From Mobula hypostoma (lineage: Eukaryota): a stretch of DNA of 64,000 nucleotides. Shown in pieces: positions 11,915 to 23,479 of the stretch. The number at the start of each line of letters is the position of its first letter. The stretch's first letter is position 1. The notes under the pieces are model-generated. The model ran no database searches. It was not told the DNA's origin and worked only from the letters and a program-made list of their open reading frames with translations. A program made the translations under genes and the position numbers. The stretch is from positions 106,518,001-106,582,000 of the forward strand of contig NC_086108.1 of assembly GCF_963921235.1 (NCBI RefSeq), read 5' to 3'.

Positions 11915-12895
11915 TTCTATTTCCCATTCCCGTTCTGGAGTGTCAGTCCATGGTCTCCTCTGCTGCAATGATGACCCCATTCCTATGTTGGATGAACAAC
12001 ATCTCACATTCCGTCTGGATAGCCTTCAGCCTGATGGCATGAACATCAATTTCTCCATCTTCCAGTTATCTCTCGCCTCTTCCCCTTTCTCTCGATTTCC
12101 ATTTACCATTCGGAGGATGATGTCAGATTTCTGGGTTTGATCAAGGTTTAATTAACGCATTTGTGGATCAGACTCTATAGTTCACGTTATGATGTGTTTC
12201 TAGTTTCTGGTCACTTCTTTTTTATTGCTATTTTGGGCAACCTTGATCATGCTGATGAGTAGATAACAAAAACTGAGCTGAGCTGAATATGCCTGGACTC
12301 TTTTGATTTTGTGTTCTACAGTATATTCTGTGTTTTCACTCATTTTTTTCTTTCAAAATGAACTTGCTTTATTTTTGCATGTGTGGTGGGGGGAGGTCGA
12401 TGTTGTCCTTTGAATGGCCTCCACGGTTTTCTTTGTTTCATAGCTGTCTGTGGGGAAGATGAATCTCAGGGTTGTATACTGCATAAGTAATTCATTAATA
12501 GTAAATATACTTTCTACTTTGTACTCTGGCTCCCCTCTTAAAGCTTCTCTTTTCCTTACCTGCTTATCACTTCCCTCTGGTGCCTCTCCTCCTACTCTTT
12601 CTCCCATGGTCCACTCTCTCTTCTATAAAATTCATTTTCCTTCAGCCTTTCACCTTTTCCACCCATCACCTTCCAGCTTTTCATTTCATTACCCCTCCTC
12701 AGCCACCTAGCTTCCCCCTCACCTGTGTTTGCCTATCACCTGCCATTTTCTAATCCTTCCCCTCCCTCCACCTACTTTCCCCTCTTCCTTTCCAGTCATG
12801 ATGAAAGGCCTTAGCCCAAAACATCGAGTTTATTCCCCTCCATTGATGCTGCCTGACCTGCTGAGTCCCTCCGGCACGTTGTGTGTGTTCCTCCA
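11915..12895 (+). mobile_element. Penelope-like element 3' end (GIY-YIG C-terminus + pseudo-LTR), interrupted by another repeat at ~12110-12520
   Basis: ORF 11940.. MSVHGLLCC..DEQHLTFRLDSLQPDGMNINF; hammerhead-like CAGTCATGATGAAAGGCCTTAGCCCAAAACATCGAG at 12793-12828. Confidence 0.75.
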
Positions 12896-13309
12896 AGTAA
12901 CTCAATGGCTGTGAAGAACTCCACGAGCCGATGAAAAAGGCACAAAATGATATTTTTAAAAATGCAGCCAATCGTAGCAGTAACTTCAGTCCTTGTGAAG
13001 CCTGGAGTACATGTTCCATTGCTTCAGGGTTAGTAACTAATTTCGAATGCTTCATTCCAGAATCTTAAGCAGTCCCAGGGAATCCATTGGAAGCAGCTAT
13101 TGTTCTTGGCAGTAGCCCTGCTGAAGCTGGTGTCACGCTGCCTGGATTTTGTTTGGTGTGGAATCATACCTTGCTGTGCCAACGACATTGTATTAGTGCA
13201 CTCAATTTCCATATTTCCTTGTGACATGGAAAGTTAGGTCCTTCGAGTCTATGTTAGCTGTCAGAGCAATTGCATTTCCTCACTAATTTTGCCTATGAAC
13301 TACTCTCCC

Positions 13310-13762
13310 ACAGAATTGGAAAATGGTGCAGAAAGTGGCAAACTCAGCCAGCAGCATCTTTGGGCACGAGCTTCCCCAGCATTCCCCAGCATTCAAGGAC
13401 ACCTTCAAAATGCGATACCTCAAAAAGGTGGCATCCATCATTAAGGACCGCCATCAGCCAGGACCTGCCCTCTTCTCACTGCAACCATCAGGGAGGGCGT
13501 ACAGGAGCCTGAAGACTCACAGTTAGGAACAGATTCTTCACCACCGCCATCAGATTTCTGAATGGACCTTGAACCCATGTACACTCCTTCACTATTTGTA
13601 TTTCTTTTTTGCTCTCTTTTTGCACTACTTACTTAATTTGATTTATACATATATATTTCTTATTACAATTCATAGTTTTTTTGTTCTACATCGTAATGTA
13701 CTGAAGCTGCAAAACAACACATTTTATGGCATATGCCAGTAACATTGAATCTGATCCTGATT
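13310..13762 (+). mobile_element. Rex1/Babar-type LINE 3' fragment
   Basis: ORF KKVASIIKDRHQPGPALFSLQPSGRAYRSLKTH; AT-rich 3' UTR ending in TCTGATCCTGA. Confidence 0.8.
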
Positions 13763-13825
13763 GTACCAGTCACCAATACCAGCTTAGAGTGACATCTCGA
13801 TTAACCCTCAACACACACCAAATGC

Positions 13826-14432
13826 TTGCTACTACTACTACGTCGACTCAGGCCTAGGGGGCCAGCGTCGGGCACAATGACGGACTCCCCACTTCTCCCT
13901 CTCCCTCATCAGTGTGTTCAGTTCATCTACATTAGCCACACCGCTGTCTTCGAGGAGCGTGTTGACCATAGTCTTGGGAGGGCGCCCAGGGTTCATCCTC
14001 CCATGCTTGGGCTCCCATATGATGACTAGGCTGGCAGGTAGCTCGGGGTGGCGTAAACAGTGCCCCGCTAGTTGCAGTCTTCTCGCCTTGATTTTAGTGG
14101 TGAGCATCGGTAGGTTGTTATAGAGCTCGACGTTCGTCATGTGCTGTTGCCAACTCATATCAAGAGCATTTGTGTATAGCTACCATCCAGAGACTTTCGC
14201 ATAGTCTTGGTGAGTGTCCATGTCTCGCATCCGTATGTGAGAATGGACTCTATGACTGCTATGAAGATCTTCTTTTTAAGCCCTCTGGTCAGGTTCGACT
14301 TCCAGATTTCCTTCATGTCGTTCGTAGCCCTCCACGCCAGCCCCTTTCGTATCTTTATGTCTTTCTCTGAACTCATCGTTCTTGATCCAAGGTACCTGAA
14401 GTCAAAGACTTTCTTAATGGTATCATTCTTTA
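13826..14432 (-). mobile_element. RTE-like LINE 3' end with (TAG)n tail
   Basis: FRYLGS...IFIAVIESILTYGCETWTLT and IKARRLQLAGHCLRH...GRPPKT; CTACTACTACTAC at ~13829-13841. Confidence 0.8.
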
Positions 14433-16532
14433 AAGCTTTTGACGGTTCCACTTGCGCACCACCAATGTAAATAGGGTTGTGCGGTCTGCTACTACTTCTG
14501 AAGTCAACAACCAATTCTTTTGTCTTGCTGACGTTGAGGGATAGGTTATTGTCTTCGCACCATTCCACCAGGTTCTTAATTTCCTCTCTGTACTCAAACT
14601 CATCATTACCTGAGATACGGCCTGCAATTGTGGTGTCATCAGCAAACGTATATATTGAGTTTGATGGAAACTTGGCTACACAATCATGGGTGTACAGTGG
14701 GTACAGCAGGGGGCTGAGTACACAGCCTTGTGGGGCACCAATGCTCAGAGTGATTGTAGAGGAGAGCTTGTCCCCTATTTTTACAGCCTGGGTCCTGTCT
14801 GTGAGGAAGTTGAAGATTCAGCTGCTTATCTGAGTGCTAAGGCCCAGGTTCCAGAGCTTAGGAATCAGTTTATTTGGAATGATGGTATTAAAGACAGAGC
14901 TGTAGTCAATGAAAAGGAGCCTTATGTATGCGTCTTTATTCTCCAGGTGTTCTAAGGAGGAATGTAGGGCCAGAGAGATGGCATCTGCCATTGACCTGTT
15001 GCTCCGGTAGGCGAATTGCAAAGTGTCGTGGTTGACCGGTAGGCTGTGGTTGCTGTGTGCCATAACCAATCTCTCGAAGCACTCCATAGCAATTGATGTC
15101 AGAGCCACAGGTCAATAGTCATTCAGGCATGCCACCTTGCTCTTCTTCAGCACTGGGATTATCGTTGCCTTCATAAAACATGAAGGGATCTTAGACTGAA
15201 GCAAGGAGCAGTTGAAGATGTCAGCAAACACGCCAGCTAGCTCGCTTGCACAGGCCTGGGGAACCCGTCCTGGGACGCCATCTGGGTCCGTCGCCTTCTT
15301 TGGATTTATCTTCAGGAAGGCCCTTCTAACATCCTCCTCGGTGACAATGAATCTCGATGCCACCAGGTCCGGTTCATCCGGAGGGAGCAGGACTCTCCTT
15401 TTCTGTTTGAATCTTGCGTAGAATACATTAAGTTTGTCAGGAAGAGAAGCGCCACAGTTATTGATATTCCCAGCCCTTTCTTTGCGCCCAGTGATCTCAT
15501 TTAGACCCTGCCATAGTCTACTGACATCCCTCTGGTTAGCCTGGGCTTCCAACTTGGCTCGATATTGCCTCTTGGCGCCCTTAATGGCTTTCCAGAGTTC
15601 ACACCTGGATTCCGTGCAGTGACTGGTATCCCCGGACCTAAAAACTACAGCTCTAGCCTTTAAAAGGGACTTGACCTCATAATTCATCCAAGGTTTCAGG
15701 TTAGGGAATACCCAGATCGTGCTGCAAGACACACAGTCCTCTGTGCATTTCCAGATAAAGTCCGTGACAGCTGAGGTATACTCATCGAGGTTAGCTGCTG
15801 AGTCCTTGAATACTAACCAGTCCACCGATTCAAAGCAGTCATGGAGGACCTCATCTGTTTCCTCCGTCCAACGTGACACCACTTTTGACACCGTGACCTC
15901 CCGCTTCAGTTTCTGTTTGTAAGCCGGGAGGAGGAGTACTGCCTGACGGTCCGATTTTCCGAAGTGTGGTCGTGGGATGGAACGGTAGGCATCCTTGACT
16001 GCTGTGTAGCAGTGGTCAAGTATATTTGGGCCTCAAGTGGGGCAGGAGACATGTTGGTATAACTTTGGCAGCGCCTTTCTGAGTTTGGCCTGGTTAAAGT
16101 CCCCGGCTGTAATGAGCAAAGCCTCTGGATATCTGGTCTCAAGTTCACTGATGTTGGCATACAGTATGTTCAGAGCACACTCCACGTCCGCCTGGGGGGG
16201 GGAATTTAGATCGCTGTCAGTATGAACAAGGTGAATTCCCGTGGCAGATAGTAGGGACGACACTTCACTGACAGGTGTTCCAGGTCCGGGCTGCAGGAGC
16301 TTGTCAGTGCCACTGTGTCCGAGCACCACCCAGTGTTGATCAGTAGGCAGACACCACCTCCCCTCGTCTTGCCCGAAGACGTTGTGCGGTCCATCCAATC
16401 GATCGAAAATCTCTCCGGTCAGATGGCACAGTCAGGGGTGGCAGGGGAAAGCCAGGTCTCGGTGAAACAGAATACACAGCAGTTCTGCATCTCCCTGCAG
16501 TAGGTGAGTCTCACTTTAAGATCATCCACATT
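14433..16532 (-). mobile_element. Rex1/Babar-type LINE ORF (APE + RT), 5'-truncated, 3' end missing
   Basis: APE motifs CFTETWL, GGGVCL, AGDFN; RT motifs [69 protein letters not shown]. Confidence 0.9.
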
Positions 16533-16539
16533 GTGCGTT

Positions 16540-17232
16540 GTGCCTACAGCAGGCGGTGAAAAAGGCGAATGGTATGCTGGCATTTATAGCAAGAGGATTC
16601 GAGTACAGGAGCAGGGAGGTACTACTGCAGTTGTACAAGGCCTTGGTGAGACCACACCTGGAGTATTGTGTGCAGTTTTGGTCCCCTAATCTGAGGAAAG
16701 ACATCCTTGCCATAGAGGGAGTACAAAGAAGGTTCACCAGATTGATTCCTGGGATGGCAGGACTTTCATATGATGAAAGACTGGATGAACTAGGCTTATA
16801 CTCGTTGGAATTTAGAAGATTGAGGGGGGATCTCATTGAAACGTATAAAATCCTAAAGGGATTGGACAGGCTAGATGCAGGAAGATTGTTCCCGATGTTG
16901 GGGAAGTCCAGAACGAGGGGTCACAGTTTGAGGATAAAGGGGAAGCCTTTTAGGACCGAGATGAGGAAAAACTTCTTCACACAGAGAGTGGTGAATCTGT
17001 GAAATTTGCTGCCACAGGAAACAGTTGAGGCCAGTTTATTGGCTATAAAGAGGGAGTTAGATATGGCCCTTGTGGCTAAAGGGATCAGGGGTATGGGGGG
17101 AAGGCTGGTACAGGGTTCTGAGTTGGATGATCAGCCATGATCATACTGAATGGCGGTGCAGGCTCGAAGGGCCAAATGGCCTACTCCTGCACCTATTTTC
17201 TATGTTTCTATGTTTCTATGTTTCTATGTTCT
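16540..17232 (+). mobile_element. CR1 LINE 3' fragment (same subfamily as 1178-2452)
   Basis: ORF 16538..17002 is nearly identical to 1284..1919; (TTTCTATG)n tail at ~17197-17230. Confidence 0.93.
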
Positions 17233-17239
17233 CTATGGC

Positions 17240-17637
17240 TTGCACCCAGGAAGCAGCTGATTTCCTGGGAATTTCACGCACAACAGTCTCCAGAGCAGGA
17301 GTTCACAACTCTTTTTTATGACATGGACCCAAACCATTAACTGAGTGGTTCGTGGGCCTCAGGTTGGGAACCCCTGCGCTAGAGTTTAAAGACAAGAGTG
17401 TGAGAAACTAGAAACATCCAGGGAACAACAATGCCTTGTTCATGAGAGGGGCCTGAGGAGAATGGCCAGAGGAAAGAACCATGCATTACCACAGTGGTGT
17501 GCAGAAGAACATCTCTGAACACACAACAGATTGAACTTTGAAGTGGATGGGCTACAACAGCAGAAGAGCATGAACATACACAAGGTGCTGCAATATTAAG
17601 TACAGGAGGCACCTAATAAAGTGAGCACTGAGTGTAT
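17240..17637 (+). mobile_element. Tc1/mariner non-autonomous remnant
   Basis: Ends CCTAATAAAGTGAGCACTGAGTGTA; homologous to 41990-42552 and 46058-46392. Confidence 0.7.
17296..17376. mobile_element. hAT-Charlie-like MITE inside the Tc1 remnant
   Basis: Termini CAGGAGTTCACAAC...GTTGGGAACCCCTG; degenerate 8-bp TSD CTCCAGAG/CGCTAGAG fits an NTCTAGAN target. Confidence 0.7.
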
Positions 17638-17754
17638 AATACTCCAAATGTGACCTAAGCAACGTTTTATACAGATGCACATGTTTTACAAAGGTTTGAT
17701 CACTAACAAACACTATATAGTGATCAGAGCTTCATAAACTATTTATAGTTTCAA

Positions 17755-17985
17755 ATTGAAGTTCCAACCATGGACTGTAAGGAGTTCCATACATTCTCCC
17801 CGTGACAGTGTGGGTTTCCACCGGGTAGTTCAGTTTCCTCCCACAGATGTACAGGTTAGTAGGCTAATTGGTCACAGCGAGAAGAGAGTGTGACCAGGGT
17901 CAGTAGGTTAATTGGTCACTTGGGTGTAAAGGGCCTATATGAGCTCATTGTCCGGAAGAGCTTGTTGCTCTGCTGTACCTCGTAA
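17755..17985 (+). mobile_element. V-type SINE fragment
   Basis: CTGTAAGGAGTT...TGGGTTTCC...GTTTCCTCCCACA central domain shared with 22135 and 55232 copies. Confidence 0.6.
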
Positions 17986-17994
17986 ACCTCTCTG

Positions 17995-18350
17995 ACAATC
18001 GTGGAGAGGCTCATGAGCTCCTTAGGTCCCGAGAGCGATGCCATCTAGAATTCAGCTCCTGGTAGAGTCACCCAAGGTCTGGAAGGACGATGAGTGATCC
18101 AACCAAGACCACAACAGTGGAGCTTACTGAAGATAATGACAGATTACAATGGCAGTGAAGGCGGAGGAAGGCCACAGAGTGAAGAGACTCCAGTCATCTT
18201 ACATTCCATGTCATTGGACCCTGATCCAATCTGTCCAGTACTGCATGGTGGCTACCCTAGCATCAGTCTCCCATATTAAACAAATTCATGCACAGATGTC
18301 CTCCAGTAAGGGTATAACCCCTTAGGAGACTATCGTACTGAACTCGAGCG
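17995..18350 (+). mobile_element. RTE-clade 5' UTR-like fragment
   Basis: GTGGAGAGGCT...CCCGAGAGCGATGCC...CTCCTGGTAGAGTCACCCAAG resembles RTE/BovB-type 5' leaders; recognition only. Confidence 0.45.
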
Positions 18351-18622
18351 ATTGCATTACCACACTCTCCAAAAACATATGATTATTTCTAGGTACACAC
18401 ATTTGAGCTCCTAAGAGATCACCATACAAGAACAACCAGCAGTGTGCTCATAGATACCCTGTACTCCTTCTCCAAGGACACCTGAGAATTGGTATATACC
18501 TGCTAGAGGGGCAGGCAATTGGCTCGAGCAGAGCCCTAGACTGCCTAGTATCTTGATATGGGTTTGGCCAGGGCTGGGAGCAAGTTGTCCAGCAGGACCC
18601 TATAAGACAAACCTTTTTTTTC

Positions 18623-19236
18623 AGATTATGAGGACACGCAATCCTCTTTTATTGTCATTTAGTAATTCATGCATTAAGAAATGATACAATATTCCTCCGG
18701 TGTGATATCACAGAAACACAGGACAGACCAAGACTGAAAAAATAACAAACCACATAATTATAACATATAGTTACACCAGTGCAACAATACCATAACTTGA
18801 TGAAGAACAGGCCATGGTAAAAAAGTTCAAAGTCTCTCGAAAGTCCCACATCTCACGCAGACGGAAGAAGGAAGAAAAACTCTCCCTGCCATGCCCGACC
18901 ACAGTCCGATTCTGAGTCGTCCGAAAACTTCGAGCCTCCGATCAGCTCTCCAACACCAAGTACTGAGCACCATCTCTGCCAAATGCTTCGACCCCAGCCT
19001 CAGTTGCCAGCAGCAGGCAAAGCCGGGGATTTTGGGGCCTCCACTCCGGTGATTCGCGATCGCACAGTAACAGCAGCAGAGAACCGGGCATTTCAGACAT
19101 TTCTCCAGATGTTCCTTTGTGCTTCTCACGTCTGTCTCCATCAAATCAGAATTGTGCACAGCATCCTACTTACAAATACGATATAATTTCACCGGAGAGC
19201 TGCGCGTGCTGCGTTGCACCGCCATCTTCCCCTCCC
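18623..19236 (-). mobile_element. ~650-bp non-tRNA SINE-like element, copy 2
   Basis: Aligns with the other three copies; internal deletion near 18890. Confidence 0.85.
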
Positions 19237-19540
19237 GCCTCTTCTTTCCCACCCTATCTACTTGCAGGGTCACTTTCAAAGTTCACAAGTCCAAAGTAAA
19301 TTTAGTATCAAATATGTATATGTCACCATATACTATTCTGAGATTCATTTCCTTCTAGGTATTTACAGTAGAACAAAGATTTCAATAGGATCAATAAAAA
19401 ATTACACACAAGCAGACACTGACAAACTGTGCAAATAAAAAAAGAAAGGTAACGACAATGAAATAAAAAAGTAAATAAATAATATTGAGAAAATGAGTTG
19501 CAGAATCCTTGAAAGAGAGTCAATGATCAGTTCAGTGTTG

Positions 19541-19980
19541 AACATAGAACATGGAAAACAGAAATCTACAGCACATTACAGGCCCTTCAGCCCACAATGT
19601 TGTGCCAACCATGTAACCTACTCTAGAACTGCCTAGAATTTCCTTACCGCATAGCCCTCTATTTTTCTAAGCTCCATGTAGCAATCTAAGAGTCCCTCAA
19701 AAGACCCTATTGTATCCAGCTCTACCACTTTCTGTGTGAAAAACTTACCTCTGACATCCCCCTTGTACCTACTTCAAAGTACCTTAAAACTATGCCCCTT
19801 TGTGTTAGCTATTTCAGCCCTGAGAAAAAGCCTCTGACTATCCACATGATCAATGCCCCTCATTATCTTATACACCTCTATCAGGTCACCTCTCATCCTC
19901 CGTCGCTTCAAGGTGAAAAGGCCAAGTTCATTCAACCTATTCTTATAAGGCATGCTCTCCAAACTAGGCAACATCCTGGT
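19541..19980 (-). mobile_element. CR1 3' fragment inserted in a Rex1-type 3' end
   Basis: ORF 19774..20007 RLNELGLFTLKRRRMRGDLIEVYK; AACATAGAACAT tail; TGTTGA on both flanks. Confidence 0.8.
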
Positions 19981-20410
19981 TGTTGAGGTGAGTGAAGTTA
20001 TGCACACTGGTTCAGGAACCTGATGATTGAAAGGTAGAAATTGTTCATCAACCTTGTGATGTGGTACCTAAAACTCCTGTACCTTCTTCCTGAAGGCAGC
20101 AGCAAGAAGAGAGCATGGCCTGGATGGTGGGGTGGGGGAGCGGTCTTTAATGATGGTTGCTGCATTCTTGTGGCAGTGCTCCTTATAGATGTGCTCAAAG
20201 TTTAAAGTTCAAAGTAAATTTATTATCAAAGTACATACTTGTCACCACATATCACCCTGAGATTCATTTTCTTGCAGGCTTACTCAGTAAATCCAAGAAC
20301 TATACTAGAATCAATGAAAGGCCACACCCAACAGGTCAGACAAACAACCAATATGTTAAAGACCAGAAACTGTGAAAATGCAAAAGAAAACTGAAATAAT
20401 AATGACAAAT

Positions 20411-21090
20411 AGATTAGATTATGAGGACACAGAGTCCTCTTTTATTGTCATTCAGTAATGCATGCATAAAAAAATGACACAATGTTCCTCCAGTGTGATA
20501 TCACAGAAACACAGGACAGACCAAGACTGAAAAACTGACAAAAACCACATAATTATAACATATAGTTACAACAGTGCAAGCAATACCGTAATTTGATGAA
20601 GAACAGACCATGGGCACGGTTAAAAGTAAGTCTCAAAATCTCTTGAAAGTCCCATCATCTCAGGCAGACGGTAGAAGGAAGAAACTCTCCCTGCCATGAG
20701 CTTTCAGAGCCGCAATCTTGCCGATGCAGCATCCTGGAAGCCCCCCAACCACAGTCCGACTCTGAGTCCGTCCGAAAACTTCGAGCCTCCGACCAGCTCC
20801 CCGACACCGAGCACCGAGCACCATCTCTGCCGAGCGCTTCGACCCCAGCCCCGGCCGCCAACAACAGGCAAAGCGGAGGATTTGGGGCCTTCCCCTCCGG
20901 AGATTCTCGATTGTACAGTAGCAGCGGCAGCGAACCGGGCATTTCAGAAGTTTCTCCAGATGTTCCTCCGTGCTTCTCACATCTGTCTCCATCAAATCAG
21001 AATTATGCACGGCATCCTACTTACAAATACGATATCATTCACCAGAGAGGCCGCGCGCGCTGCGTCGCGTCGCCATCTCCTCCTACCTCC
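20411..21090 (-). mobile_element. ~650-bp non-tRNA SINE-like element, copy 3
   Basis: AGATTAGATTATGAGGACAC at the left end; CGCCATCTCCTCC at the right end. Confidence 0.85.
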
Positions 21091-22132
21091 CTAATAAATA
21101 TCAGGAACATGAGAGGAAGAGTCCTTGAAAATGAGTCCATAGGTTGTGGGAACAGTTCAGTGATGAGGTGAGTGAAGTTATCCCCACTGCTTCAAGAGCC
21201 CGATAGCTGTTTCTGAATATGGTGGTGTGGGTCCTGAGGCTCCTGTGCGTTCATTCTGATGGCAGCAGCAAGAAGAAATCATAATCTGGGTAATGGGGGT
21301 CCCTGATACTTGATGCTGCTTTCCTGCCACAATGCTTCATGTAGGTGTACTCAATGCTGGAGGGGGATTGACCTGTCATGGACCAGGTTGTATCCATTAT
21401 TTTTTGTAAGATTTTCCATTCAATGGCAGTGGTGTTTCCATATCAGACTGTGATGCAACCATTCCACTACACATCTATAGAAGTTTGTCAAGGTATTAGA
21501 TGTCATGTTGAATCTTTACAAGCTTGTAAGGACGTTGAGGTACTGATGTGCTTTCTTCATAATTTCACTTCTATGTTGGGCCTGGGAGGCATCCTCTGAA
21601 GAGCTGAACTGGTCTGTATCCACCACTTTTATCGACTTCTGCATTCTTGTGCACTGGTGACTCCATACTCAGTCATGGTACAACCAGTCAGGAAACTCCA
21701 CTGTGCATCTTTCAGGGAGTATTTTGCCACTAAACTGGATGTTAAGAAGCAAGGACCAGCATTAAGGCTTTCAGTACCAATGAGTCATCTTCACTTGACA
21801 TCCTTTCTCATTTTCTAATAACTTATAGGCCTGAAAGAGAAACATCTTCCAAATAATTTATTGTCTGCCAAATTGTTTGTGAGTGGTGATTTAATTCATG
21901 CTGATAGCAGATGTTTGCTCTGATTGCCAGAACGAATATTCTCTGTCATAAGTTATTTTGGCATCTTATTTCTGCCCCTTAGTCACAACCAGCTCTGCAA
22001 ATGAGGCTCTTGTTTGTCATTGTTATTAACATAACTATTATCCCTGGCCAGATGTCACAGGCTTTGGAATTGTGGTGTAACAGACCGTTGCTCTGTTTTC
22101 ACCATTTTCAATCAGCTTTCAAAACCGTTCAG

Positions 22133-22440
22133 AGGTGGTAGTGTAGCATGGTGGTTAGTGTAACACCTTACAGTACCAGTAGTAGGATTGGGGTTCACTT
22201 CTCACGGCTGTCTGTAAAGAGTTTGTACATTCTCCCTGTGACACGTGGGTTTCCTTCGGGTACTCACACATTTGGGTTTAAGTTAGTAAGTTGTGGGCAT
22301 TCTCTGTTGATGCCGGAAGCGTGGTGAAACTTGTGGGCTGCCCCCAGCACAGTCTCGGACTGTGTCGGTTGTTGATGCAAACAACGCAATTCATCATATG
22401 TTTTGAAGTACATGTGACAAATAAAACTTCTCTAATCAAA
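22133..22440 (+). mobile_element. tRNA-headed V-type SINE
   Basis: A-box-like TAGCATGGTGG, B-box-like GGTTCACTTCT, central TGGGTTTCCTTCGGGTACTC; 3' end ACATGTGACAAATAAA. Confidence 0.7.
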
Positions 22441-22749
22441 TCTAGCCATTTATGAAGTATCAAATTAAAACCATATTTTGCACGGTTTTGAATCTATACC
22501 GTAGCTATAATCCATTAAAGAGCTTCTATTCATTTTGCTGCCAAAGAATGATTTAGATATGTTGCAGTGACTTAGAGCAGAAGATACTGTGAAGATCTGT
22601 TCACTGAATATTGGCAATGATGAGGTAAATATGAAGTGGATGGGGTGGTTATGTGGAAGGTGCAGCAAGGCAAGGGTTAAGACAATGTTCAGGCAAGGGT
22701 TCACAGATAGTGTGCCATCAGCCAAGGCAAGTGAAGCCTTCGAAGAGAA

Positions 22750-23365
22750 GTAAGGAGAGCATTTGGCACATTGGCCTTCATAAATCAAAGTTGTTATGTT
22801 GCAGTTGTATGAGACATTGGTGAGGTCCAGTTTGCAGTATCTTGTGCAGATTTGGTCACCTGCATACAGAAAAGATGTCAATAAACTGAAAGAACACAGA
22901 GAAAGTTTACAAGAATGTTGTCAGGACTTGCGGACCTGAGTTACAGGGAAAGTTTGAATACATTCGGACTTTATTCCCTGGAGTGTAGAAGAATGAGGGG
23001 AGATTTGATGGAGGTATACAAATTTATGAGGGTATAGATAGAGTAACTGCAGGCAGGCCTGAGGTTGGGTGAAACTATAACTAGAAGTCATGGGTTAAGA
23101 GTGAAATGTGAAATGTTTAAGGGGAACTTCTTTACTCAAAGGGTAGTAAGAGTGTGAAATAAGCTGCCAGTGGAAGTGGTGGATGTTAGTTTGATTTCAA
23201 CATTTAAGAGGACTTTGGAAAAGTACTTAGATGGGAGGGGTATGGAGGGCTATGGTCTAGGTGCAGGTTGATGGGACTAGGCAGATTAATAGTTTGGCAA
23301 GGACTAGATGGGCTGAAGGGCCTGTTTCTGTGCTGTTGTATCCTATGACAATATGACTCTATGAT
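22750..23365 (+). mobile_element. CR1 LINE 3' fragment
   Basis: AGAATGAGGGGAGATTTGAT (RMRGDL), GAAGGGCCTGTTTCTGTGCTG 3' UTR, CTATGA-type tail. Confidence 0.85.
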
Positions 23366-23479
23366 GTCTTTGAAGAGCCTAGCTTCCGTTTTGTGTTGTC
23401 ATCAAGAGGAGTTACGTAAAGAGAGCTACCTTTTCAATCAGTTCCGCTGTCAAGAGTAAAAAGGCAGATCTTTGCAGCA

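Noticed and set aside
22133..22205. tRNA gene (also 55232-55300)
   Set aside because: Only degenerate A/B boxes, no cloverleaf, and continuous with a SINE body.
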